NCBI GenBank assembly: GCA_965223905.1
Contig: CBDCXV010000011.1
Coordinates: 1,856,001-1,920,000, forward strand
Length of the DNA: 64,000 nucleotides
Reading direction: 5' to 3'
From: Candidatus Latescibacterota bacterium
Lineage (GTDB): Bacteria > Latescibacterota > UBA2968 > UBA8231
Part shown: positions 9,506-18,732 of the stretch, one piece after another
Position numbering within the stretch: position 1 is the first letter of the stretch
How the letters are laid out: the number at the start of each line of letters is the position of its first letter
Made by a program: the position numbers and the translations under genes
The notes under the pieces: model-generated
Databases searched by the model: none
What the model was told of the DNA's origin: nothing
What the model saw: the letters and a program-made list of their open reading frames with translations, nothing else

Positions 9506-10528
9506 CTACCAGGCGAGCCGCTGCGGCGCCCCGTCCTCCTGCAGGGATCGCTGCGCCGCCTCGAGCACCCGCACTACGCGCAGCCCGTCCCGCCCGTCGC
9601 TGCGCGGGGTTTTCCGGGAGCGGATGCAGTCGGCAAAATGCTGCGCCTCGAGGCGCAGGGGCTCCGCCATGTGGATGTGAGGGATCACGATGTCCCCCAG
9701 CCGCAGGGTAATGGCATCGCCGTAGCTTTCGTACTCCTCGCGCTCGGCGGCCTTGTCGTAGATACGCACCTTCTCGGTGCTCTCCATGTCGTCGAATACC
9801 GCCATCTTGCGGCTTCCCACGATGGTGAGCTTGCGGATCTTGTGCGGATCGAGCCACGACACCTGCAGCTGCGCCATCTTCCCGTCGGGGAAATGCAGGT
9901 TGACGAAAACGACGTCCTCCACTCCCCGCTGCAGGTACGACTCGCCGCGGGCGCTCACCGTGTCGGGGACCTGGCCCAACAGGTAGAGCATCACCGACAG
10001 GTCGTGCGGCGCGAAGCTCCACAAGGCGTTCTCGTCGCGGCGCACGATGCCGAGGTTCACCCGCTGCGAGTAGAGGTAGCAGATCTCCCCCAACTCCCCC
10101 CGGGCGATCATCTCCTTGAGGAGATCTACCGCGGGGTGGTACTCCAGCAGGTGTCCGACCATCAGCGTGCACCCCTGCCTTTCCCCCAGCTCCACCAGTT
10201 CTTCCGCCTCGCTGCCGGACAAGGTCATCGGCTTTTCGACGAACACGTGCTTGCCCGCCTCCAGAGCCGCCCTGGCCGCGGCAAAATGGCGTATCGCCGG
10301 CACCGCCAGCACCACCGCCTCCACTTCGCGGTCGGCCAGCACTTCGTCGTACGACGCCGCCACCTCGGCGTCCGGGTACTGCGCTCGCATCCCCTTGCGG
10401 ATATCGGCGTTGGCGTCGCAGACGGTCTTCAAACGGATCTCCGGCAGGCTGCCGAATACCCGCACCAGGTTCCTGCCCCAGTAACCGGCACCGACACAGG
10501 CCAGGGTCGTTTGTCCGTGGGTGCTCAC
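9506..10528 (-). CDS. Gfo/Idh/MocA oxidoreductase (WbpB/WlbA-like nucleotide-sugar 3-dehydrogenase)
   Basis: VGAGYWG, GKHVFVEKPM and SFAPHD motifs; GTG start overlaps the upstream stop. Confidence 0.85.
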   Translation of the reverse strand: MSTHGQTTLACVGAGYWGRNLVRVFGSLPEIRLKTVCDANADIRKGMRAQYPDAEVAASYDEVLADREVEAVVLAVPAIRHFAAARAALEAGKHVFVEKPMTLSGSEAEELVELGERQGCTLMVGHLLEYHPAVDLLKEMIARGELGEICYLYSQRVNLGIVRRDENALWSFAPHDLSVMLYLLGQVPDTVSARGESYLQRGVEDVVFVNLHFPDGKMAQLQVSWLDPHKIRKLTIVGSRKMAVFDDMESTEKVRIYDKAAEREEYESYGDAITLRLGDIVIPHIHMAEPLRLEAQHFADCIRSRKTPRSDGRDGLRVVRVLEAAQRSLQEDGAPQRLAW

Positions 10529-11829
10529 AGCCCCCTCACTTTCCCCGCTTCCCCGAGCGGTCCCAGGGCGTTGCGGGTATCGACGATCAGTTGCGCCTTG
10601 CAGGCAACACGGCTCCAGTCGCAGGCCGAGTGCGCCGTCACTATCACGACGCAGTGGGCCGCTTCGAGCGTCTCTCCGTCCAGCTCGACGGAGGCGAGGT
10701 CGTCCCCGTATTCGACGGAGAGCCTGGCGACGTGCGGGTCGTGGTAGGATACCTCCGCTCCCCTGCGCCGCAGCAGGTCGATGATGCGCACCGCGGGACT
10801 CTCGCGGACGTCTTCGACGTCCGCCTTGTAGGCGACGCCGATGACCAGCACCCGCGACCCCTTGACGGCCCGCCCCTCGTCGTTGAGGGCGTCGGCGACC
10901 TTCTCCACAACGTGATGCGGCATGTGCGCGTTCACCTTGTCCGCGAGATCGATGAATCGCGTCTCGTAATCCAGGCTGCGCATCTTCCAGGAGAGGTACA
11001 GCGGGTCGATGGGCAGGCAGTGCCCCCCCAACCCGGGACCGGGGGAGAACTGCATGAAGCCGAACGGCTTGGTCGCCGCGGCCTCGATGATCTCCCAGAC
11101 GTCGAGCCCCAGCCGGTCGCAGATCAGGGCGATCTCGTTGACCAGTCCGACGTTTACGGAGCGGTAGGTGTTCTCCAGCAGCTTGACCATCTCCGCGGCG
11201 GCAGGAGAGGAAACCGGGACGACGACCTCGACCGCGTGCTTGTAGAGAGCCGCGGCCGCGGCGGTGCACTTCGGGGTCAGTCCTCCGATCACCTTGGGGG
11301 TGTTCCGCGTAGTCCAGCGCCGGTTTCCCGGATCGACGCGCTCCGGCGAGAAGGCGAGAAAGAAATCCTCGCCAGGCACGGCGCCGTCGACGCACAGCCT
11401 CGGGAGGATCAATTCCTCGGTCGAACCTGGGTACGTCGTGCTTTCGAGAACGACGAGCATTCCCGGGTGCGTGTAGCGCGCGATCTCGTCGCAGGCGGAA
11501 ACGATGTAGGAGATGTCGGGGGCCTTCGTCTTGCTCAACGGCGTGGGAACGCAGATGCAGACGCAATCCACCTCCTTGAGCACGCTGAAATCGGTGCCTG
11601 CCGAGAGCGTTCCGGCGTCGACCAGCCGTTTGAGCTCGTCGCCGGCCACCTCCGACACGTAGGAATCGCCGGCGTTGACTCGACCAGCCTTTTCCGGGTC
11701 GACGTCGATGCCGGAGGTGCGGATGCCGCCGCGTGCGAACTCCACCGAGAGCGGCAGGCCGACGTAGCCCAGGCCGAGGACGGCCAGCCGCGCTTCCCCG
11801 CGCTCGATCTTTTGGATCAGGGCGCTCAT
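10525..11829 (-). CDS. Nucleotide-sugar dehydrogenase (UDP-GlcNAc 6-dehydrogenase, WbpA-like)
   Basis: GLGYVGLP, CVPTP, ESTTYPG, FSPERVDPG, KLLENTYR, GGHC and DVRESP motifs. Confidence 0.9.
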   Translation of the reverse strand: MSALIQKIERGEARLAVLGLGYVGLPLSVEFARGGIRTSGIDVDPEKAGRVNAGDSYVSEVAGDELKRLVDAGTLSAGTDFSVLKEVDCVCICVPTPLSKTKAPDISYIVSACDEIARYTHPGMLVVLESTTYPGSTEELILPRLCVDGAVPGEDFFLAFSPERVDPGNRRWTTRNTPKVIGGLTPKCTAAAAALYKHAVEVVVPVSSPAAAEMVKLLENTYRSVNVGLVNEIALICDRLGLDVWEIIEAAATKPFGFMQFSPGPGLGGHCLPIDPLYLSWKMRSLDYETRFIDLADKVNAHMPHHVVEKVADALNDEGRAVKGSRVLVIGVAYKADVEDVRESPAVRIIDLLRRRGAEVSYHDPHVARLSVEYGDDLASVELDGETLEAAHCVVIVTAHSACDWSRVACKAQLIVDTRNALGPLGEAGKVRGL

Positions 11830-12797
11830 GGAGCCGTTCTCCAGATCCAGTCGCCGGCGCTTCTGCCTTCGTTCCTGTACCAGGTAACGGTGCGCTCGAT
11901 TCCCTCGCGCGCCGGAACCCGGGGCACGTACCCCAGCATCCGGCGCGCCTTGTCGATGCCGGCGAGGGAGCGCCTTATGTCGCCGGGCCGTTCCGGTCCG
12001 TGACGGATGTCTCCCTCTGTCTGCAGCAGCTCCCTGAGGATTTCGACCACCTCGTTCAGGCTGGTGGTGGCGCCGCACCCCACGTTGAAGACCTCCCCGC
12101 TGACCCCCTCGGCTTCCAGGGCCCTGGTGTTCGCGTGGACTACGTTCTTGACGTAGGTGAAGTCCCGCGCAAAGGTGCCGTCGCCGTTGATGGTCAGCGG
12201 CCTGCCCTCGATCAGCCCCACCGTGAAGATGGCGATGACGGCGGCGTACGCGGAGCCGGGATCCATACCGGGGCCGAAAGCGTTGAAATACCTCAGGGAC
12301 ACCGTTTCGAGACCGTACAGCTGCGAAAAAACCCGGCAGTAGAACTCGCCCGTCAACTTGGAAACCGCGTACGGAGAAATCGGCTTCGGCACCATGTCCT
12401 CGGTGTTCGGCACGGTCTCGGTGTCGCCGTACACCGAGCAGGAAGAGGCGTTGACGAGCCGTTTCACCCCGGCATCCCGCGCCGCCTCGAGCAGGTTGAG
12501 GGTGCCGCCGACGTTGACGTCGTTGGTGGTAACCGGATCCTCCACCGACTGCGGCACCGACGGCACCGCCGCCTGGTGGAGGACGAAGTCGACCCCGTCG
12601 ACCGCTTCGCGCACGGTCCGCCGGCTGCGCAGGTCTCCCCCGACGATTTCGATCCCGCCGGCGAACGGCTCGAGGCGTTCCTGCCTGCCGGAAGAGAAAT
12701 TGTCGAGGACGCGGACGCGGTGTCCTTTCGCGAGCAGCTCCTCGACCAGGTGTGAACCGATGAACCCGGCGCCCCCGGTTACCAGTGTCGACGTCAT
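11826..12797 (-). CDS. NAD-dependent epimerase/dehydratase (WbpP-like)
   Basis: TGGAGFIGS, YAVSK (YxxxK), LRYFN and RDFTYV motifs. Confidence 0.9.
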   Translation of the reverse strand: MTSTLVTGGAGFIGSHLVEELLAKGHRVRVLDNFSSGRQERLEPFAGGIEIVGGDLRSRRTVREAVDGVDFVLHQAAVPSVPQSVEDPVTTNDVNVGGTLNLLEAARDAGVKRLVNASSCSVYGDTETVPNTEDMVPKPISPYAVSKLTGEFYCRVFSQLYGLETVSLRYFNAFGPGMDPGSAYAAVIAIFTVGLIEGRPLTINGDGTFARDFTYVKNVVHANTRALEAEGVSGEVFNVGCGATTSLNEVVEILRELLQTEGDIRHGPERPGDIRRSLAGIDKARRMLGYVPRVPAREGIERTVTWYRNEGRSAGDWIWRTAP

Positions 12798-13774
12798 TCC
12801 GTTCCTCGTTTTTCCGTTGCCGGACACCCCTTTTCCGAAGTGCAGGCCGTTGGGTGGGCCTCCATCCACGCCCGGGTCCTTTCAAGCCCTTCGCGGAGGT
12901 CCACCGATGGTTTCCAGCCCGTGAGAGCCGCGGCCTTGGAGCCGTCCCCCACCATCTCCGAGGGCTCGCCCGAGGGGTGCTCAGGCTCCCGGGTGGCCAC
13001 CCGGTCTCCGGCGATCATTTCCGCCAGCTCCCCGAGGGGCACCCCGCGGCCGCTGGCGGCGTTGAGCACCTCTCCCTCGCAGCGCCGCGAGAGCCCGGCC
13101 TCGACTATCAGGGCGACGCAGTCTTCCACGTACACGAAATCCCGGGTCTCCTCCCCGTCCCCGCCAAGGACCGGGGATTCACCCGCCATTGCCCGCCGTT
13201 GCAGGCGAGCGACCACCCCCCCTTCTCCCTCGCCCCTCTGGAAGGGCCCGTAGATGTCGAAGGGCCGCACGACGACGACGGGAAGGCGGTAGGCCCGGTG
13301 GTATCCGAGGCAGAGATTCTCGGCCGCCAGCTTGCAGGCGGCGTACGGGGACCCGGCCCCCGGGGGATGCTCCTCGGAAATGGCCGAACCGCCGTCGCTG
13401 ATCCGGGAGGTGCTGACGAAAACCATTCTGGAGTCGTACTCGCGACACATTTCGAGCAGCCGCATGGTGCCGCCAACGACGCAGTCGAAGGTCTCCTGCG
13501 GTTCTTCCAACGATTTCCGAGGATCCGTTACCGAAGCGAGATGAAAGCAGCACTCGAGGCCGCGGAAGAAAAGCTCGTACAAGGTTCCGGGATTCCGGAC
13601 GTCCCCCCGGATCAGCCCCTCGAATCCGGGACGGCCGGAGAACTCGGCGAGGTTGGCGCGGCAACCGCCCGACAGGTTGTCGAGGACGATGACCCGCTTG
13701 CCGCGTTGCAGCAACCCGGAAACCAGCCAGCGACCGATGAATCCGGCCCCGCCGGTTACCAGACAGAGTCCCAT
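12794..13774 (-). CDS. NAD-dependent epimerase/dehydratase
   Basis: TGGAGFIG, YAACK and RDFVYVED motifs. Confidence 0.85.
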   Translation of the reverse strand: MGLCLVTGGAGFIGRWLVSGLLQRGKRVIVLDNLSGGCRANLAEFSGRPGFEGLIRGDVRNPGTLYELFFRGLECCFHLASVTDPRKSLEEPQETFDCVVGGTMRLLEMCREYDSRMVFVSTSRISDGGSAISEEHPPGAGSPYAACKLAAENLCLGYHRAYRLPVVVVRPFDIYGPFQRGEGEGGVVARLQRRAMAGESPVLGGDGEETRDFVYVEDCVALIVEAGLSRRCEGEVLNAASGRGVPLGELAEMIAGDRVATREPEHPSGEPSEMVGDGSKAAALTGWKPSVDLREGLERTRAWMEAHPTACTSEKGCPATEKRGTE

Positions 13775-13885
13775 TCCGCCCGCCTGCACGGATCGGCCCC
13801 GGCGGACACCGGCAGCCGTGAGATGCCGTTTCTCCCGCCATCCGGTTTGATGAGGTCTCGCCGAGTAATTAGAATTTCCAACACT

Positions 13886-13921
13886 TTCAGAATACTGTTC
13901 AGAATACTGTTCAGAATACTG
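13886..13921. repeat. Perfect 12-bp tandem repeat (TTCAGAATACTG)x3
   Basis: Three exact copies plus a degenerate TTCAAAAATAC, in the AT-rich divergent intergenic region. Confidence 0.9.
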
Positions 13922-13984
13922 TATCGTTCAAAAATACATAAACTTGCGAGAATTTCACCAATGTTGAACCGCCGCCGGAAGTCG

Positions 13985-15451
13985 ATGCGGAAGAACGGCC
14001 TGCCCCTGGCCGCGGCCGCTTTCGCCCTCGCCCTGCTCGTCGATCCACCCGCCCACGCCGCGCCCCTCTCGCTGGGGGAATGCATCGATCTCGCAGCCAG
14101 AAAGAATCTCGGGTACCTCAGCGACCTTCGCGATTTCGAGGCCACCCGGGAACAGCTGCGCCAGGCGCGCGCCCAATTCGGGCTGGGCATCGACGCCTCC
14201 TTCGACCTGCCAACCTATACCGAGAGCCGCCGGCTCCAGGACAACATCGCCCTGATCCAGAGAGTCCGCGAAGAGAACACGAACATGGTCTACGGGGGCC
14301 GGACGACGCTGTCGCAACGGGTTCCCCACGTCGGCAGGTTCAGCGTCACCGCCTCCGGCTCGCGCAACGATTTCAGCTCCAACCGCCGCATGGACCGGCG
14401 CGAGTTCGTCGGCGATCTGCAGGTCGAGTACACACGCGACCTCCTGTTCACGCCGGCCGCGGAAATCCAGCTTCAACAGGCCCAGCTCGGGCTCTCGATC
14501 AGCCGATCAAACCTGTACCGCCGTGAACTCCAGCTCGAGGAGCAGGTCACCAACTCCTTCTACGACCTCGTGCAGGCGATCCGCGAGCTCGAGATCCAGA
14601 AGCAGCGGCTCGAGCAGTCGACGGCGGCCCTCGATCTCGCCCTGCGCAAGTTCGAAATCGGGCTGATCGCCGAAGTGGAGGCGCTGCACCTCAGGGTCGA
14701 GAAGCTCAGGGCGGAAGCGGAATTCACCAGGGCGCAGACGCAGATCGAAAGCCAGCGCGACCGCTTGCGGGAGATACTCGGGATGGAGATGGACGAACCG
14801 CTCGAGGTGCTGACCGCGGTCGATCACCAGGTGGTGCCGATCGCCGAAGGACAGGCCGTCGAGATCGGACTGGGCCGGCGCAGCGACCTGCGCCAGGCGG
14901 AGTGGTCGCGTCGCTCCTCGGAGCTCTCGCTCAGGGATCTTGAGCAGCAGCTCGGCCCGACTGCGCAGCTGAACACGCGGCTGACGCTGCTGGGACGGGG
15001 CTCGGAGGCCAGCGACGTCAGCAGCACCTTCGAACGCAGCCTTGTCTCGGCGGGAATCCGCATGGAACTCCCGCTCGTCGACGGCGGGGAGCGGCGCGCC
15101 CGCGTGCGCCGGGCGGAGATCGACCTGGAGAAATCACTGCTCAACCGCGAGTCGGTCGAGCGTGGGATCGTGCGAGAAATCCGCGACGCCGTGCGCACCG
15201 TCAGCGAAGCGGAACGACAGATCGAACTTGGCCGCGAAGAACTCGAGGTCGCCGAACGGACCTACGACGTGGAACGCAGCCGTTTCGAGTTGGGACTGGC
15301 CGACAGCCAGGAACTGCTTCAGGCCCAGACTGCCCTGACCCAGGCGCGACTGGACGGGCTGCGCGAGGCGATTGACTACCAGCGCGCTCTCGCCGGTCTG
15401 CGGGTCGCCACCATGGCCGACCTCGCGGAGTTGAGCGAACCCGGGGAATAG
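13985..15451 (+). CDS. TolC family outer membrane efflux protein
   Basis: Signal peptide, LSLGECIDLA, two OEP-like repeats (RKFEIGL, RSRFELGLA). Confidence 0.85.
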   Translation: MRKNGLPLAAAAFALALLVDPPAHAAPLSLGECIDLAARKNLGYLSDLRDFEATREQLRQARAQFGLGIDASFDLPTYTESRRLQDNIALIQRVREENTNMVYGGRTTLSQRVPHVGRFSVTASGSRNDFSSNRRMDRREFVGDLQVEYTRDLLFTPAAEIQLQQAQLGLSISRSNLYRRELQLEEQVTNSFYDLVQAIRELEIQKQRLEQSTAALDLALRKFEIGLIAEVEALHLRVEKLRAEAEFTRAQTQIESQRDRLREILGMEMDEPLEVLTAVDHQVVPIAEGQAVEIGLGRRSDLRQAEWSRRSSELSLRDLEQQLGPTAQLNTRLTLLGRGSEASDVSSTFERSLVSAGIRMELPLVDGGERRARVRRAEIDLEKSLLNRESVERGIVREIRDAVRTVSEAERQIELGREELEVAERTYDVERSRFELGLADSQELLQAQTALTQARLDGLREAIDYQRALAGLRVATMADLAELSEPGE

Positions 15452-15455
15452 GTCC

Positions 15456-15944
15456 TCAGCTGTCGTCGTTCGAATCCATCAGGGGATGGGTGAACTCCTC
15501 GTCCTCGCCGAAGATCAGGCGCCGGGGCCTCAGGCGGGTGTAGCTCGGAATCTGGTTCTTCTCTTCGGCCTCCTGGCAGGCGACGCATAGGCGTGCGGTC
15601 GGCAGGGCGTTCAGCCGCAGGGGCGGGATGAGGGGGCAGGTCGGGCACAACTCGAGCGGCGTCTCCAGACAGGCCTCGCACTTTCCGTAGGTGTTGGTCT
15701 CGAGCTTTTCGAGGGCGAGGGTGATCTCCTCCAGCTCGCGGCGTTCCGTATCTCCCAACGCGACCAGCAGCTCCATGGTTCCCGCTTCGACGGCGCGGTC
15801 GAGATCGTCCGCCTTGGGATCCTGCAGGTGGTCGATTTCGGTCTCGTTGCCCTGCAGATCGGCGATCAACTCGGCGCGGCGATCGAGAAGCCGCTTCTTC
15901 ATTTTCTGGCGTTCTTTTTTGTTAAGCGCCGTTTTTTCAACCAT
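15456..15944 (-). CDS. DksA/TraR family C4 zinc-finger protein
   Basis: DDLDRA coiled-coil tip (DxxDxA) and YGKCEAC...RLNALPTARLCVAC. Confidence 0.85.
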   Translation of the reverse strand: MVEKTALNKKERQKMKKRLLDRRAELIADLQGNETEIDHLQDPKADDLDRAVEAGTMELLVALGDTERRELEEITLALEKLETNTYGKCEACLETPLELCPTCPLIPPLRLNALPTARLCVACQEAEEKNQIPSYTRLRPRRLIFGEDEEFTHPLMDSNDDS

Positions 15945-16092
15945 CCTGCTCTCTCCTGGAGGCCCCCGCGGTTCCCTGCGGGGCGTGAATCGTGGGCGAG
16001 CGCCCCGGGAGCCGCCGGTCGCTCGCGAGGTTTCGGCGGTCCCTGTGTGCCCGGAGCCGGCCGGATCCACCCGTTGCGCTGATGTTTAGAGC

Positions 16093-16845
16093 TCAATCCC
16101 GAAGGCGGCGAAGCTTGTCGCGCAACGAGGCGGCGAGCTCGAATTTCTCTTCCTCTACCGCTGCCCGGAGGTCGGCGTCGAGCCTCTCTCTCCGGCTCAA
16201 GGGCCGGTTCCCCTCCACCTCCTTTTCCCATTTTCTGAGAAACTGCAGTTCCTCGCATTCGTCGGAACCGGGTTCTTCCTGTGCCTCGAGGAACTGCTCG
16301 ATCTCTTCGATTCCACCTCTAATCTCCTGCAGCGCCTCCTCGTGCTCTTTCTCCTCCAGCATCTGCAGGGCACGCGCCTGGATTCGGTGGGTGGTTACAA
16401 AAACCCGATACTGATCGGAGATCCGGCGGTCCTCGTCATGCTCGGCGTACTGCTTGCACATGTCGAGAATACCGAGATTGTGCTCGGCGTCCTCTTCGGC
16501 CCGCTCGTATTCCTTGAGCTCGAAAAAACTGATGCGCCGCCAGTAGTACTGCATCGCCTCCCGGCTCAGGGCCCAGCAGTCCTCCCGCGACAGCGAGAAA
16601 CCGCGCTTGCCTTCCCCCCTGACCGCCTCCCGCAGCTTGTTCTGGTAATAGCTGAGAAGGGAGCGGCTGTTGTGGGGCCGGGACCCGTCCGGGCGATCCG
16701 TCCACTCCAGCTGCATCAGCCCGAGGTCGACGCGAATCTGGATCTTGCGTCTGCGGCCGCTCCCGTCAATGGCGCGAACGATGAGTTCTCCCGGCTTGTA
16801 GTTCCAAGCCTCGAGGATGCTGCTGATGTCCTTGTCCCTGGTCAC
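16093..16845 (-). CDS. Uncharacterised protein with C-terminal UvrB/UvrC (UVR) motif, paralog 1
   Basis: KIQIRVDLG, RPDGSRPH and C-terminal AVEEEKFELAASLRDKL; start placed downstream of the promoter at 16927-16955. Confidence 0.8.
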   Translation of the reverse strand: MTRDKDISSILEAWNYKPGELIVRAIDGSGRRRKIQIRVDLGLMQLEWTDRPDGSRPHNSRSLLSYYQNKLREAVRGEGKRGFSLSREDCWALSREAMQYYWRRISFFELKEYERAEEDAEHNLGILDMCKQYAEHDEDRRISDQYRVFVTTHRIQARALQMLEEKEHEEALQEIRGGIEEIEQFLEAQEEPGSDECEELQFLRKWEKEVEGNRPLSRRERLDADLRAAVEEEKFELAASLRDKLRRLRD

Positions 16846-16926
16846 GTCCGGATTCGTTTCGGTGAAGTTGCCGGAGGAAGGGGGAGCGAAGGCAGGCAAC
16901 TGATCCGTTTTGGCAAAAGGCCGGCC

Positions 16927-16955
16927 AGTATAGAGCCCGCCAGGCACCTTGTCAA
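16927..16955 (-). promoter_or_regulatory. Near-consensus sigma70 promoter
   Basis: TTGACA-N17-TATACT on the minus strand. Confidence 0.7.
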
Positions 16956-17797
16956 CTTCCCGGGGGAGATTCCGCCCCATCAGGGCCGGCCCGGATCTCC
17001 TCTACGATGGCCAGCAGTTCCTTCTCCAGGCTCGCCGTCGAGGTCTTGTTGTCGAGATGGTCCTGAATGACCGGAAGGGCCTGCTCGCCGACCATCACCA
17101 GGGAGGTGTGGGCGAGGGCCCTCTCACGAGGAGTGGTCTCTTCTGCGCGGCCCGGGTTCTCCATCGGGGTGCCGAACATCGAGATCCGCGGCATACTCTC
17201 CCCGAACAGTCCGGTGCCCATACTCGGATCTCCGAACAACTCCATCGGCCCGCGAAGCGAATCGCGAAGAGCCGCGAGGTCGGTCTCCTCACCGGTGAAG
17301 ACCCCCTTGGGATACCGCCGGTCCTCCCGCAGCATCAACAGGTCGTAGTAGACCAGCGCGTTTACGAGGATGTCCGCTGCCTGGGTTCCTCCGAGCTGCC
17401 CCAGCACCGGTATGGCCGCCATCCGCAGCTCGACGTTGGGGTCGTTGAGGGAGCGGTCGAGCAGCTTCCCGATCGGCTTTACGGCGCTGCGGTCTCCGAT
17501 CTTCCCGAGCGAGACCATGGCCGACCCCTTGAGAGTGGTTCGCTGGTCGTACTCCCCCAGCACCCCTATCAGGGCCGGCACCGCGGCCGGTTCGCCGATT
17601 TCGCCGAGCACCTCGGCGGCTTTTCTGCGCGTCGCGTAGGGGTAATCGGGGCGCGAAACGATCTCAATCAGCTTGTCGAGCTTTTTCGTGTCCCCCGCTT
17701 CGTACGCCTTGTGCATGCGGGATACGTTGCTGCATGAAAGCAGGAAGCAGACCGCCGGGACGACGGCGACTGCGGCTGTTGCAGATGGGAAGCGCAT
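16952..17797 (-). CDS. HEAT-repeat lipoprotein
   Basis: Lipobox-like LLSC; repeats RRKAAEVLGEIG, AMVSLGKIG and AAIPVLGQLG. Confidence 0.75.
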   Translation of the reverse strand: MRFPSATAAVAVVPAVCFLLSCSNVSRMHKAYEAGDTKKLDKLIEIVSRPDYPYATRRKAAEVLGEIGEPAAVPALIGVLGEYDQRTTLKGSAMVSLGKIGDRSAVKPIGKLLDRSLNDPNVELRMAAIPVLGQLGGTQAADILVNALVYYDLLMLREDRRYPKGVFTGEETDLAALRDSLRGPMELFGDPSMGTGLFGESMPRISMFGTPMENPGRAEETTPRERALAHTSLVMVGEQALPVIQDHLDNKTSTASLEKELLAIVEEIRAGPDGAESPPGS

Positions 17798-17829
17798 CGG
17801 GGATATTCTACCCCCCTTTCGGAGCATAA

Positions 17830-18651
17830 GTGGTGATGACCAAGGCTGATGTGCATAACCGCCAACCCATTCCGGGAGTTAAAGATATGGTCGCCGTTTC
17901 GAGCGGCAAGGGTGGCGTCGGCAAGTCGACGGTCGCGACCAATCTCGCCGTCGCCATGGCCGCCGAGGGAGCCGCAGTCGGACTGATCGACTCCGACATA
18001 TACGGCCCCAACGTCCCGGGAATGCTCGGCCTCGAGGGCCGCCCGGCCGTCGACCCCGGAAGCAACCGGATCAAACCGGCCGGGGCGCACGGGATCAAGG
18101 TCATCTCCATGGGAATGCTGATCGATCCCGGAGTTCCCGTGATCTGGCGCGGGCCGATGCTGGCGAAAATGATGAACCAGTTTCTCTTCCAGGTCGACTG
18201 GGGGGATATCGACGTCATGCTGCTCGACCTGCCCCCGGGAACCGGGGACGTGCAGATCACCCTGACCCAGACGGCGCCGCTCACCGGGGCCGTCATCGTC
18301 ACCACGTCTTCCGAGATCGCCATGGAGGACGTCCGCCGCGGGGTGGCGATGTTTCGCCAGACCGACGTTCCCCTCCTCGGACTGATCGAGAACATGTGCG
18401 AGTTCGCCTGCGATCACTGCGGCCATCGCGCCAACCTGTTCGGCGAAGGGGGCGGGAGTAAGCTCGCCGGGGCCTTCGGCATCGACCTGTTGGCGCAGTT
18501 GCCTCTCGATCCCCGCATAGGCCGGTGTTCCGATGAAGGGACCCCCTTCGCCGCGGCGCGCCGCGGCGATCCGACGAGCGAGCTGTTCAGCGAGGCTGCG
18601 AGGTCCCTCATGGAGCGCTTGGGGAATCGAAGGGATAGCGGGGCGGGATGA
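17830..18651 (+). CDS. mrp: Mrp/ApbC/NBP35 Fe-S carrier ATPase
   Basis: SGKGGVGKST, DSDIYGP, WRGPM, DLPPGTGD and ENM...CDHC motifs. Confidence 0.92.
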   Translation: MVMTKADVHNRQPIPGVKDMVAVSSGKGGVGKSTVATNLAVAMAAEGAAVGLIDSDIYGPNVPGMLGLEGRPAVDPGSNRIKPAGAHGIKVISMGMLIDPGVPVIWRGPMLAKMMNQFLFQVDWGDIDVMLLDLPPGTGDVQITLTQTAPLTGAVIVTTSSEIAMEDVRRGVAMFRQTDVPLLGLIENMCEFACDHCGHRANLFGEGGGSKLAGAFGIDLLAQLPLDPRIGRCSDEGTPFAAARRGDPTSELFSEAARSLMERLGNRRDSGAG

Positions 18652-18732
18652 AGGCAGCCCCGCCTGTTTCATCGCCTCGGGTCAGCCGGGCGCATTCGAC
18701 TACCGCGCCGATCACCGTGCAGGTCGCCGGCT

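Noticed and set aside
13886-13921. Possible CRISPR array
   Set aside because: Units are 12 bp and contiguous with no spacers; no cas genes are in the window.
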